This document shows positions 37,960 through 51,519 of a stretch of 64,000 bases of DNA, in pieces. The stretch is taken from NCBI GenBank assembly GCA_012295275.1, contig CM022673.1:28892001-28956000 (forward strand), in the 5' to 3' direction. This DNA is from Chrysomallon squamiferum. Lineage: Eukaryota > Animalia > Mollusca. A program made the translations under genes and the position numbers. Numbering within the stretch: the stretch's first letter is position 1; each line of letters begins with the position of its first letter. The notes beneath the pieces were generated by a model, which worked only from the letters and a program-made list of their open reading frames with translations, had not been told where the DNA came from and made no database searches.

Positions 37960-38610
37960 ATATGAGTAAAGGTACAGTCTTCAATATAACAGTTATATGT
38001 TAGTCCAAGCTAAGTGGTTTATTTATAGAGTTTTTTTAAGCATAAAAAGTATGTATGTTTGTGCGTGTTTGTACTAATTACACCTAACAATAACTGTATT
38101 AGACAAGTGTTTGGCTTTAACCTATACGGAAATAAGTAGCTTACATTTCCTTCACAAACAAAAGATTTAAGTAATCATGTTTCTGTATGTTTTGTTTGCT
38201 GAACATAGTATGTGGCCATGTTGTCAGTGTTCAGTCAGAGATGTGTCTGCAACAAAGGTGTAAATACTCTGGCTGTAAATGGTATCAAAGACTTGCTGAA
38301 CAAACAAGTTACAGCCAGTGTTTGTAGTGTATCTGTGGGGGATGGACACCTGCTACCCCTTGATCTGGACTTGAATTGTTTTTAGAGGTGGTTTTGCAGT
38401 TATACTCTGTATGTGTACATTAGCACACCATTTTTGTAGGTGGGGATGACAGGCTGGATAACAGCATTTAACAGAATGTGAAATACCTCTGTTGATAGCA
38501 AGAAAAACAGGTTTCATGTAAAATCCCTTCCATCCCGAATCCAGTTAATGTGAACTGTATTGTTTATGATAAATGGGGCGAGGTAGAGAAGAAAGAACTA
38601 CAGAAAACTA
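37960..38610 (+). ncRNA. Candidate structured non-coding RNA (unassigned)
   Basis: Unique, ORF-less sequence with several complementary segments found by eye (see findings). No family-diagnostic motif confirmed; strand inferred from G-U-compatible pairing. Confidence 0.25.
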
Positions 38611-39051
38611 TTTGGATTAAAATCATTTCTTTACAAAACAAAACAAATGCCTGACTCTGAAACAGATTATCTCACTATAAATGCTGTTAACAAAACGAAT
38701 ACCTTTTTTATTTTACCATTTTAGTATGTTTGAGAAAGGGATAAACCAGCACATGAAATATATATATATATATAACAAAAACAAAGACAAAAACATAAGA
38801 ATAATTTATTCACACAAATTTGTCTTTAAATTCTCATTATTAAAACAAGTGCCAGTGGTGAAATTGCATAGTACGTTAATAGTTATTACAAAATGCCTTC
38901 TTCATCTGTATGATGCAGTTTAAATCATTTGACTGGTTTATGAAAAACTAAAATGTTATGCTACACCACTGAGCAGTAGTCATACTAACATTAATATAAT
39001 TGTGTACAAATAAAAAAATGGGTAAAAATATAAAAATAAAAATGGGTAAAA

Positions 39052-39090
<39 letters not shown>

Positions 39091-41892
39091 ATGATTTTAT
39101 TTTATTTATTTATTTATTTATTTTTTAATTTTTTTAATTTTGTGAATGAACCTAATACAAATCATGAAGTATAATTTTAAAAATGTAACAAATATAAATC
39201 AGGAAATGTTTCAGTGACGAATACAGTGTGATCTATTAAATGACAACAGATCATCACAAGAACTATACTTGTAAATAAAAATTCAAATTTTATGTTGTCT
39301 TACTTGGGTTAAATATGTCCAAAAGGTAATCCTCTAAATAAATAAATAAATAAATAAAAATAAAAAGAATGACATGAGTGGTAGTTCAAAAAACAAAAAT
39401 AATGAATCTACAGATAAGCAGTAAAAGATAAATAGAAGAGTGGATTATTTCAAATATCATGCTAGACTTTGTTTAGCAAATAGCAAAATCTAAAAACAAA
39501 GGGAAAAAAAAGAGGAAATTTCATTCAAAATGTGATTAAGCAACAACATGGAAATTCATTTAAGAGACTTTGGAAAAGTCTCGAAGTACCTTGAGAATTC
39601 ACTGGCAGTAATATGCACCACCATCAATGATATTAATAATAACGTAACATGGAGTAAAGAGTTGATGCACTAGGATGCACAGATCTACATTATGTAATAT
39701 ACATGTAATATACAAATTATTGTTGAACATTAACATTTTTTTTTCAAATGATCAACATATTCATTATCTGATCCTTGTGGAATAATAAATTATTTATTCA
39801 AAAAAAAAAAAAAAAAAAATATTAATAAAAAATTATTTCTAGTGACATGTTATTCTCTTTATATATTCATCTTTCTTTCTTTCTTTTATTATTAATTTTT
39901 TTTTTTTTTTTTTTTTTAATAAATGCATATTTATAACCAAAAAAAATAAAAAAATACAAGAAAGACATTTCACTGGTTTTATAGATGTAAACCATATTCG
40001 CTAATAATATTTATATACTCATCTATAAATAAACCATTTTCATGGTTTTCCTGTATATCTATTAAAATTATGAAAAAAAATTGGATGCATTTTAAAAAAA
40101 AAAAAAATTATATTTGGTTGTATGTTTCTATTATTATTAATACAAAGGACCATCATAAAAAATTAGCTTAGATCCTTTTACATTTATCATTCCCTTAGAA
40201 TAAAAGAATTAAGACTTTTAACTTCTTTGATTTTTTCAGTCTATTCCTCTATAAATAATAATATAGCTTTATCTGAATTGTTAAAGCTCTGGTCAGGAGT
40301 TTAAGCTGTAGGAGAATGAGTACCCATACACCTCTAAAATGCTACTTCCTGTACCAAAGTGTTGCTCTACAGTCTGCATACAGACTGAGCATCTGTTCAT
40401 GAACTGGTGTAAGCACAATCCATATTCATTTAATAAATTCAAAAATGTAAACTATCCCTGTCATTTTTATCAGTTTTTTAGAATCTGTACTGGAAGAACT
40501 TGCAGGTGGTGCATATATCTATATAATTAATATAATTCATTAGAAACAAATAATTATGTCTAAATTGTGACATAAAAATAAAAAAGCCACAGCTAAAACA
40601 GTTACTAAAACAACTATGCAAACAGTCATCTAAAATGGCAGTGGTATGTCACAAATATTTGTAAACAGGTTTGTGTTCATGATGAATGTTAACTTTGTTG
40701 TTAAAAACATAAAAACATATAATGACATAATGAATTATGAAATTTCATTCAGATATAAATCAACATGATCAGACAGTTTGAATGTCGGGACTAGAACAAA
40801 CTGAACTGCAAGAAAATATATATGATCTTCTTAAACAAATTTTAAATCATATTCTCATCTCAGACTGAAGATACAACCCAAAATACAACACAAGATACAA
40901 CATAAGATGATCACAAAGGTTCCTTAGAGGGATTTTTTGTTTTTGGTTTTTTAACATTTTGTAAAATAAAAAATAAAACATTTCTTTTCTCTCAAAAAGC
41001 AAGACATAAATTTAGCTAAAGCTTTTGCAATATACCAACAATAGAGATGTAGTTCCTAATAAAAGTATAAGAAAAATTGGTTTTCAACTTGTAATTATAT
41101 ATTTTACTTAATGAAAATATTCATCTAGTCAAGCCAGTGTCAGTCATTAAGCTACTGTTAGTAAAATTAGTAGGTTTTCAGTTTGGGCAGTCATATTTCA
41201 TTACTGCTATATATTTAAAATATGTAAATGAGATATATAAGAATATTAAAATTTAAGTAACATTATCTCCTACAAGTTCTGAAGAAACCTAGTTGTTTAC
41301 ATAGAAAAGCCTTTAAATACAATTTATTCTGAATAAACATTGTAACTTTCAAACAATTAATTTTTAAATATTAATATTTATCTGGCCAAAACTTAAACTG
41401 AAATATTATCCATTTTCCAAAATAAGTTTATATGCACATATTACAAAAAAAGAAAAAGAAGAAAACAATATTAAATATAAAAATGTTTCAGAAATAAACT
41501 CTTACAGTATTTGGGCTGAAAAAGACTAAACCCCAGTACAAACTTTGCTGTAGTTCTGTTACCCATCACTAATCTGGTATCCTCTCATGATGTAACATAA
41601 ATAACTGGTAGGCACATTATGCAAATATGGCAGTGATCAAAACCATTACAGTTTACACTGGATTCTGGTAATAAAAGTACATATTCATGTATGCAAAATT
41701 AAATATTAATATCAATCTCTAATACTTAATTATCAGCAATAAATCCTGATAATTTCATGTTAATAACAAATCTAAATAATTAAATATTAAAATCTGATCA
41801 TAAAATCTCTTCAAAATGAATTATTTGTCAATGTATCTTTCCAAATGAAAATCTGTTTCATTCAGGCAGTCTCCACTAAATCTAATTTTTAA

Positions 41893-43756
41893 CTAACTGT
41901 ATTTGTGAAAGAAAATTACAGCTATCACTGAGACAGTAGCCATGGTGGTTACTGTGAACCATGCCTTTGTACTCTGTCTCAGTAAAAAGGAAACAGCAGC
42001 TTTCTGAAAAAGAATTTAAAAAAATGACAGATCCTGACAGACAATAATATAGGCACATTTTAAGATGCAAACAGAAATAATTTACTTGCACCCATTGATT
42101 TTAACTGGTCGACTTGTTTTGATTTATAGTAATGAAAGTATAAAACCAGAATATATAACGTGAGAAATGATACGTAATAATTCTTGCACTGCTTTAAAAT
42201 TTTAAATAAATATAAAAAAGTATATATTAAAATTATAAAAAACTAACATTAGAGAAATATCTACAAAGTATTAACAGACAGAAAATGTCAATTTTATCAC
42301 AGTATTCTGGTATGAAGTTTATGAATGTAGTAATAGTTTTTATTCTCTACATATTTTTAATGTGATTTGCTAGAAGATTTTTTTTTTTATATAGAATCAG
42401 TAACTGATAAAAGTAAATGTTGAAAATACTAATCACTAAGTTAAAATTGTCTTCGACTTGTAACAACAGAATAAAATATGTAAATTTTGTTTCTTATATT
42501 CTTACCCAACCACCATGTTCAGCTATCCATTTTGCTATTTTCTCATGTATAATGAATTTCACCAAATATGAAACAATCTGTCTGATTAGAACTGAAAAAT
42601 ATCTGGATGTTTTAGAATTTAGAATTGTTACAAACACTTTGTAGCCAAAACAAAGCAATATCAGAATTCTTCCCCAATTCATGTCATTGTCAAATAGCCT
42701 AGAAAAAGCAGAAAAACAGAATGGAAAAAGTATATCACAGAAGTCATTTAATTTTGAAAAGAAAATATAGTACAGAATTATCAATAGACAAACATTCTTT
42801 TTTGAGATCAAATAAAAGTCAACATATGCTGTCTTGTCATAAATAACATTCACTATTTCTTTTTCTGTAAACTATTTTAAATGATACGTTAATTCCAAAA
42901 TTAATATTTATTAACCCCTTATTTTAAATTTAACACAAAACAATTGGATTTTCTTAACAACAAAATGAAAGTTAACCCTCCATAGCAGAATATAAAGGAG
43001 ATATTTAGTTTTAGATAAATAATGAATTTTGATACAGAATAAAATTCATTCATTATGGTTTTACATCAATCATAAAACATTAACTGATGCAGAAAATAGT
43101 CCAGTGAATTTTTAAGATGATAATGCTATACTATTAATTTCACATATTATTAGGAATAATGAAAGTAAATAAATTTCATACTGTTTGGTCATTTCTGCAA
43201 ACTTGTCATAGGCACTGAGTTGATTAATATCCAGTTTCTGTATCATTGCATCAAATATATGACTGTATCTATGAAATACATCATCACCAATCTTGGCTAA
43301 CATCTGACCAACTTCAGCAGCTGGACTTAAACTGAAATATAGAGATTAATCATCTACGCTGGCATATTATGTTAAACAAAACAACACAGTAACTCAAATA
43401 GTTGGTCAATCATGTTTGTGTATTGTAAACAGTAAGACAAAAAAAAAAATCAACTATCAAGGCTTCTTTCAAGTTTGTTTTGTTATTTATTAAAAAACAA
43501 CCACTTAGATAAAATTAGACTGTTAAGAATTTAGTACAACCACCCACTTAACTGAATCCTCAGGATTTTTCAGAAATTCAGTCTGAATTTGTTCTTGCTG
43601 GGAACGTTGAACAAAGAAACTCCTAACAACATCATCAGTTTGTTGAGCAACACTCTCTTCTGTGTCTGTTCTTGGTTTCTCGTCATAGTCACAATAGCTG
43701 CTTGGAGGTGTCATAAACAAATCTTCACTCTTTGAGTTTTCTGATGAGCTAGCCAT
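41893..43756 (-). CDS. BAK1: Bcl-2 family pro-apoptotic effector Bak homolog, ~220 aa, 4 coding exons
   Basis: Exons 43756-43548 (TEESVAQQTDDVVRSFFVQRSQQEQ, resembling human BAK SEEQVAQDTEEVFRSYVFYRHQQEQ), 43331-43182 (BH3 VGQMLAKIGDDV), 42698-42506 (BH1 LFDNDMNWGRILILLCFGY, BH2 IAKWIAEHGGW) and 42003-41893 (C-terminal TM anchor AWFTVTTMATVSVIAVIFFHKYS). All GT-AG and phase-consistent. Confidence 0.93.
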
Positions 43757-43903
43757 TGTAATACTACACAAAAATCACACGAAACACTGTAACAGATACT
43801 ACTGCAATACACTTGATTTACATGTCATGCTAACATTTGAAATAACACTGGTTAAAAAAATGTAAAGGTATTTCTTAGCTCTGTTAAGGTAAGAAACCAC
43901 TTA

Positions 43904-43975
<72 letters not shown>

Positions 43976-44725
43976 GATTCCAGAACATAACATTCTTAAT
44001 TTGTTCAGATATTTAAAAATAATAATAAATAAAAATGAATAACAATTTTAAAACGTCACTCAACCAATTTATTTTTAATTTATCACTTTTAAAAACATTT
44101 TGATCAGTGATTACATTTCAAATCAAATATTTACTGAATTTAATGTATCAATGATCTTAAAATTTTAAAATACTTCTTTGGTATATTTTATAAAAAAAAT
44201 GTTATAGTACTGAAATGAAAATAATATATAAACTACTAATCTTTCACTCTGGACCTTTTTATTTTTATTCTTTTGGATGCAGATATTTTACCTTCCTGAA
44301 AGTGAAAGGTGGTAAATTTACAGTCGAACATTAGCTATATTCTAATCATTACATCATTGCCAGTGAATGATTTCCTTTTAGTAATATTACATAAATAAAG
44401 AAATATACATACATATATGAAATGAAATAAACTTGGGTTGCAATTTTTGCTATATCTACATCAAGTCCATGCGACTTAACAATTACATGCAATTAAAACA
44501 CTTTATGAAATAAGATTTATTCAAGGGAGGTTACCACTATATCGCGGTTAATCGCAAACATTACAATACGGTGGACTGTACGGGTCAAACGTTGCTCTTT
44601 GTTTTTTCTTTCTTTTTATTTTTTGTACGCACATTCGTAGTAATGTCTAGTAAACAAATTTCAACACAAGAACGAAGAAAAATCAACTTAAAATATTTCG
44701 TTTTTCAATTGTAGTAACATATTTA

Positions 44726-44810
44726 CCTAAAAAGTCGGTAATAATAATTAGTCTTCTGCAAGGCAGTGTGAGGCATTCAATTGTCAATAAAAAATGGGCA
44801 CGGCCCTTAA
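44726..44810 (-). other. Candidate non-coding first exon of Bak
   Basis: Donor AG|GTAAAT near 44725; the ATG exon has an acceptor CTGTTACAG ending at 43787; surrounding sequence is CpG-richer. Confidence 0.4.
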
Positions 44811-45266
44811 AAGTTATCATACTTTTCTAGACTTTGCGAATCCCGCACAGAAAAAAAAAAAAAAAAAAAAAACCAACAACAAAACAAAACAATAATAATA
44901 TATATATAAATATTAAAAAAAATATATAAATAAAAATAATAAATAAATAAAAAGAAAATAAAGAATATAAAGAAATAATAACGAAAGAAAGAAAGAAATA
45001 ACCAAACTATAACCCTTTTCAATGTCATCTCACATCTATTGTTCTGAAAGCGGAAACAAAAAGTATTTCACAGTCCGCTACGATGTAAAATTATGACGGA
45101 TTAGGATATTTCTGTGGTTTCAAATTTCATAGTTTACTTAATGGTTCCAGTTACTTAAATTGTATAATCCTGATGAAACGATACATCATATTTATCCTTT
45201 GAAAATACGATATTTTGAGTTAATTGACGTACATGAAATAAAATGAATTAACAAAAGAGAAAAAAG

Positions 45267-45308
<42 letters not shown>

Positions 45309-47423
45309 TAAATAAATAAATAAATAAATAAATAAGCAAGTAGGTAAATAAGTAAATATACGTGACTCGATGGAAATTCTACATGACTGATTTCGATGCT
45401 AATATCGACGGATTTTAAACGGTTTCCATAGAACTACAAAACAGTTCAAGCATTATCTTGTAACTAATTTTTTTTATTTATTATTTATTTATTTTTTTCA
45501 AGTAAAAAGAAACAAAAAATGAAAAAAAAATATTCGGGTTCACGTCCTTCAACGACAATCATTCGGAACATCTTGTCTTGTTTCCGAATACTCCGGAAAC
45601 AAAAATTCGGACGAATTCGTAAGAAACGCTCGCATCCGGAAACACGTATTCAAACGTATTCGAAAGAAATGCTCGGCTCTGCTATGTTATAGTGCTTCGC
45701 TTTCTTGCTAACTTAGACAAATTTGTTTGCAGGTCACTTTTAAATTTGATTATATACTTAGCGGCAAATAATTCTTTTTGGGCGGCGTGAGATAACTACA
45801 ACAACACTTGAAACGTCTAAATAACATTATAAGAGGCTTAATGCTCAGGTCTCGTGACATATAATAGATGGTTCTACGCCAAAAGACTGCAATTGAGATA
45901 AATAAGTATTTCTATGTACAAATCAATAGACAGATGGTATTTCCTAAGAGATTCGGAATCCAGGCTAATCATTGACGAAAGAGTAATAGATGTGTTTGTG
46001 CGTTCCTAGTTCAGGTTCTTATCTTACAGTCAAAATTATAGATAAATTCGTTCTAAACCATGCGATGAAAAAAGTGCTTAACAAGCCAAACGAAATAGAA
46101 CATTAAACACGAGGAAACGGTAAGTTCAATAAGCAGCAATTACGCTTTTATATATATGAGATTAAAGCATAGGTAAGACGTTTGAAAAATAGATGTTGAA
46201 GTATCTGGAAATGAAAAGCGCACGCAGTTGAAATCAATTACAGATCCTGACTGTTAACTACCGACTGTCTCACAATAAATCAGTAAGGAAGAGAGTGATG
46301 ACGTAAGTTATACATCAACACGTATTATAATATTCTCTAAACTTTATCTATGATAATAAATAAAAAATAAAAATGAAAATGAAAATAATAAATAAATATA
46401 TACAAATAATTACTCTTTTTTATTGTTGTTGCTTTAGGATACTAAAATTTTATTATCATAATTTCATGAAGTGACATTATTTTAATCGATTTTTAATACT
46501 GAATTTTTATATCAGAATTTACTTCTAAAGTGTATCGTTTAAATACAGTTTCTTTATTGTTTATTGTTCATTGTTTATATTAAGCTTTGGTCCAGAAAAC
46601 CAGAAAATGCAGAAATCCTGCTCACTCCCCAAGGTTGCTGGATAAATCGTCTGTAACCTGCAGGTTCCATATTTCGTATTTAAATGTTTATAATTATTCT
46701 TACACCCATAATTATACGAGCGATTAGAAAATCATTTCACGCTGAAAGATCACAACGTCCTCTTACAGAAGAGACCTCGGAATCAATCAGGATCTTCAGC
46801 CTCAATCGACAGCACGAGCGATAGTCTTCATGAGGCTTAGGCAGTCTGTTTGTCACAACTTACAAAAATGAGTTTTCTTTTCATCGCCTGCTTGCACGGA
46901 TGATTTAATCATACAGAAGGAATGATAATGGCTGGGATCACAGTCCCTTGATTAATGTCTGTGTACTCTAGAGACTGGAGACCTTCCCGCCAGCAAGCGA
47001 TCGCTTGAAACATGATTCTTTAGAAAGAAATAAAGATAAAAAATTAAAAAAAAGAAAGAAAGAAAAAAATATGGCCTCGATTTGTTCCACGTAATCCGTT
47101 TTCCGTGATTCGTCTTATACGGAAACGGTGCAGGAGTGATATATTAAAAAAGAATCTCTTTTAATGGCGCATTTGTCGGATTATCGAAAATCTTTTCAGG
47201 AAATCTGAAGAGCGGTTTAGACACATAATTTACTGGAACGATCGGCCGCTAAGAAGTATTGAAAACGAAAACACATCCCCAGGCGATTTTGCAAATAGAG
47301 GCAGACAGGTGATATAGTGATGACTGACTATACGTGGGGTTTTTTGTGTGTCTCGTTTTACTTTTCTTTTCACTTTTTTTTAACATTATATAGAAATACA
47401 TGCAGATTATAAATAAATAAGGA

Positions 47424-47474
<51 letters not shown>

Positions 47475-48009
47475 GAAGGAAGAAAGAAATAAAAAAAATA
47501 ATGAGAATAATAATACAAAAATATGAATAGAAAATTTAAAGGCAAACAGCACAAAAAAACCTTAATGGTGCAGAAAGGGATTTCAACAATAGCATCACAA
47601 AAAAAAAAAAAAAAAAAATCATAAAATAAATAAATGAAATATAATAAAATAAAATAAAATAAAATAAAATAAAATAAAATAAATAAAAAGAACCAATGAA
47701 ATTTAAAAAATAAACTCTGAAATGCAAGAAATAATAAATTTGCTGGTTTTTTAGATTGAGAAACCGTGGGAAGTGATAGTAAAAGATCATTTTTAAATTG
47801 TTTAATTAATTAATTTTTTAAATGACTATAACCACTTTAATCACAAAAGAAACTCAGACATGCCATAACCGGAAATATTGTCTAGAAATATACACTTTTA
47901 TTTTTTATCAAAAAAGAAGCTGATAAGTAGTACGAAATCTATATGAAATATTATCTGGGTTTAGATTGTGTAGGTTCCAGCAGTCTCGGTGGTTTGTCTG
48001 ATATTTTGT

Positions 48010-48245
48010 TAGTGTGTTAGCTTTTATGTAGAAGAAATGGGATTGACTCGTCAAACATCTTCCAAATTACATGTGAGTAATAGCCAAACATTATCCACAG
48101 AGTTGTTGTATCAGCCACGAGAAGCTTTAGATTCTGTTTTAAAATTATTATTATTATTATTATTATTATTGGTAATGTTTGGATATTACTCACATGTAAT
48201 TTGACGAGTCAATCCCATTTCTTCTACATAAAAGCTAACACATTA
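48010..48245. repeat. Long inverted repeat (arms 48010-48097 and 48170-48245)
   Basis: The right arm is the reverse complement of the left, apart from a 12-bp deletion and ~3 small differences. The spacer is ~72 bp and includes (ATT)n. Confidence 0.93.
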
Positions 48246-48449
48246 TATAATAATAAATAAATAAACTGCATATATATCTATATATATATGTAGATTTTAT
48301 TTTATTTTATATTATTTTAATTAAAGCCATAAATCTTTCTGAAATCGATGATTAAATTTAATACATTTCGCTAATTATTATATTGTAACATTTCCTATTT
48401 TAATTTTTCACAATTCCTTTCGGAGAAATGAAAAATTAATAATAATAAT

Positions 48450-48482
<33 letters not shown>

Positions 48483-50802
48483 ACCAAGAAGAAGAAGACG
48501 AAGAAGAACAACATTAAATATGCAGCTTTTAATGTAAAAAAAAGAAACTTGTAATCAAATTAATATAGAATGGAATGGAAAAAAATTAACGTGCTAATCA
48601 GGGCAAGCTGTTGTGAAGCACGTCTGCGACGGGCACGCTTTCAAATTAATAATAACCGTTTCAGATTATATACAGCTTACAAATCAGGTACAGCAATTAG
48701 CGAAGTGCTGACATCTATATTCAAAATGGCGGACAGCATTTCCGGTATGATCTATTAGGACCTAAATTAAACCTTACTAACTAGTTTTTGCCCGGAGATT
48801 CCCAGTGCTGTACAGTGGCACTGAATCGTTGGCATGGACACAGTTCCTTCAGACGAGCGACACTGGTTTCCCACCGCGATCCTGACAATGGAGTTAATTG
48901 GTTCTCTGGGTTATAGTGTCTTCATTAGGTCCATCGCTCGTATGATCCTTGTGATCGGCAGCTAAATATTGGCCACAAGGAGTTAAATGCTCATAGCCAT
49001 CATAATATGAATACTCTTTAAATTAAAACATTTTTTTTATATATATTTTTTTTATCGACTTCGGTTTTTTGTTATGCTGGATTATGTGTTTTTCTATAGA
49101 ACTATCAGACTGTTTGCTGACGTAACTAACCTATCGTTGGTATCGAACCGGGTTTTGAATTGGCGAATTCGTTACAAAAGTGTTTTGTTATTTTGAAAAT
49201 TACCTTTCGCTTGACGTTCAGTGTTTAATTTCAGTTATAAAATACGAACTTATCAAAATCTTTAATGCTTAAATGAAGCTTTATTTATCTGAATGACTTT
49301 TCAAAACAAAAAAACAACAAAAAAAATCCCATTTGATTTCTTCACGATGGAATACGATACATAATTACAGCCGTTCCCTAAAGACCTAAATAAACGGTTT
49401 GGAATCAGCGTTCTCGTGAGGAAATTTTATAATGGCTGGAGAATGATACAACACAGGTGTTGGATGTATATTTTCACCAGACGTCTTCTTTTCTCCTGAT
49501 TTCCATCCTGTTTGTGTCGTCTTTGCTTGTCAGCCAGGGCAGAACACTCGCGATATTCATGAAAAACGGCTCCAACGTGCCGCGCTAGCTGGAACAGCCT
49601 TATATTAATCTGATCCAATAACACCGTTCATTAAAGGAACACTTGTATTTAATTTTACAACCTCTTTCGGCTTCGCTGAGTTTAATCGTGCATTCTCGTC
49701 ACGAAGCTCTGAAGAACTCGTAATCTGACAATATTCGTGGCAAGTGGACATTTCCATTTAGGGATCAAGTTTTCCTCGGCTCTGCATCTGATGCTATATG
49801 TTTTTGATTTGAATGCGCGTGTCATAAAGCAATATAATAAAGTAAAGAGATAATAAAGAATACTTTTTTTCATATTATTACACTAGATAACGACTTATCT
49901 GACTTTCAAGTTCGAAAAGAACGAGGGTAGTTATTTGAAATAATCAGTGTTACGTTGAATTTAAACGACATTGGATGTCTTGTTATTATTCTGATAATTT
50001 TCGCATTAACAAACTATTTGGTTTGTTCTGTTATTTATCTGGTCATACGTAGTTAAAAAAATTCACGACAGTTATTGAAGAATGGTACATCCCAGTGATG
50101 TGATGACGCTGCTTTTACTAATTACACTTCCAGTTCATTTTAACGTCGTTTTAATTTCCTGAACTGGAACAACAAAAATCTTGTCATCTTTTCAGAATAT
50201 AAAATTTCATTAGATTAAATTCTGAGATCAAATCTTTTGTAATTAGCAAAATGATGGTTATGTTCATAGTACCTTTAATATCGTGTAGAAAAAAAAAAGT
50301 GGCTATAAAAAAAAAAAAAAAAAAATTTTAACAATTGCGAGTGCGGGATGAAGGGCAGTCCTGATCTACTAAATAATAAAATAATGAAACATATTAAAAT
50401 ATATTTTATTTCATTTTCTAATTTACACCAGAATTCGCGATAGTACAAAATTCTATATTAATATTACTGATTACTAAGAACGGCACAGCTGAAATCAAAA
50501 TAATAGTATAGACAAATAATTCATCTAATTTTTGCCTACTGACAGGGTTTGCCAGTAATATGAGGCATCGGCGAGAGACATCCAGAAATGAATGAGAGAA
50601 CAAGAGAGAAGAATGACAGAGAAAAAGACTTTAAAAAATTTACGAGGAAAATGACTCACAGAGAAATACAATGAGAAAAGTAAGAAGTAAAAAGAGAGAG
50701 TAACACGGAACCGCAGATTTTCGCCAGTAAAATAACAAAAATAGAGAAATCAATAGAAAAAAAAAAAAAAAAAAAAAAAGAAAAAAAAATAGTGAAAAAT
50801 AA

Positions 50803-50833
<31 letters not shown>

Positions 50834-51409
50834 CGCAGTATATATATATACATTTTTGGGGGTTACAGTAGAAGCGAAAGTCATAAAGTAAAACGGCAGA
50901 GACGTTGTCAAGCTGTTTTAGATGGCTTCCCGTTGTTAGACAGACGTCAGCGTAATCGCTGAAATAACGCCACCAGTAATTTGTCCCACGACTGCCTATT
51001 GATATGCTAATTCTTTAATTACTGTAGGTGTCTTGGCCTCCAATGGGCTTCCGATCTTTTAGGTCCTCTCTGATTAGTTAGACAAACAGACACAATCTTG
51101 CGATCTTTTATATGAATTACGATCATTGGTTACCAGTCTACTTCGAAAGAGCCGCGTGCCTAACAGTGTTCGTAACAAAGAATCGGTTAATTTGCAAGGA
51201 TTTGCATTCGACATTTAGCTAGTGGCTGGTAGTCACTGTCATTACCTGAGTTCGACAAGCCAGTGCAAGAAAGCTTTACACCAACAAAACATCGCAGACC
51301 AAAAGCTTTTCATTACTATTATCGCTAGCGCTTGAACCGCGGAGCACCTAAGACGGTTACAGCGAAGCAGACGACTCGAGGCTAGCGGAGGAGGAGGCTA
51401 AAGAGCGGA

Positions 51410-51451
<42 letters not shown>

Positions 51452-51519
51452 AAAAAAAGAAAAACAAAACAAAACAAACAAAGATAAAGAGAAAACGGGA
51501 TATGATCTGAAATGCGGAA

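Noticed and set aside
37511-38582. RNase MRP RNA (AAAAGTGCCC ... AAATGGGGCG as CR-I/CR-V)
   Set aside because: Matches are imperfect, >1 kb apart, and the first lies inside the promoter motif cluster.
43790-45700. p53 response element near Bak
   Set aside because: Only isolated, mismatched CATG/CTTG half-sites; no paired RRRCWWGYYY decamers seen.
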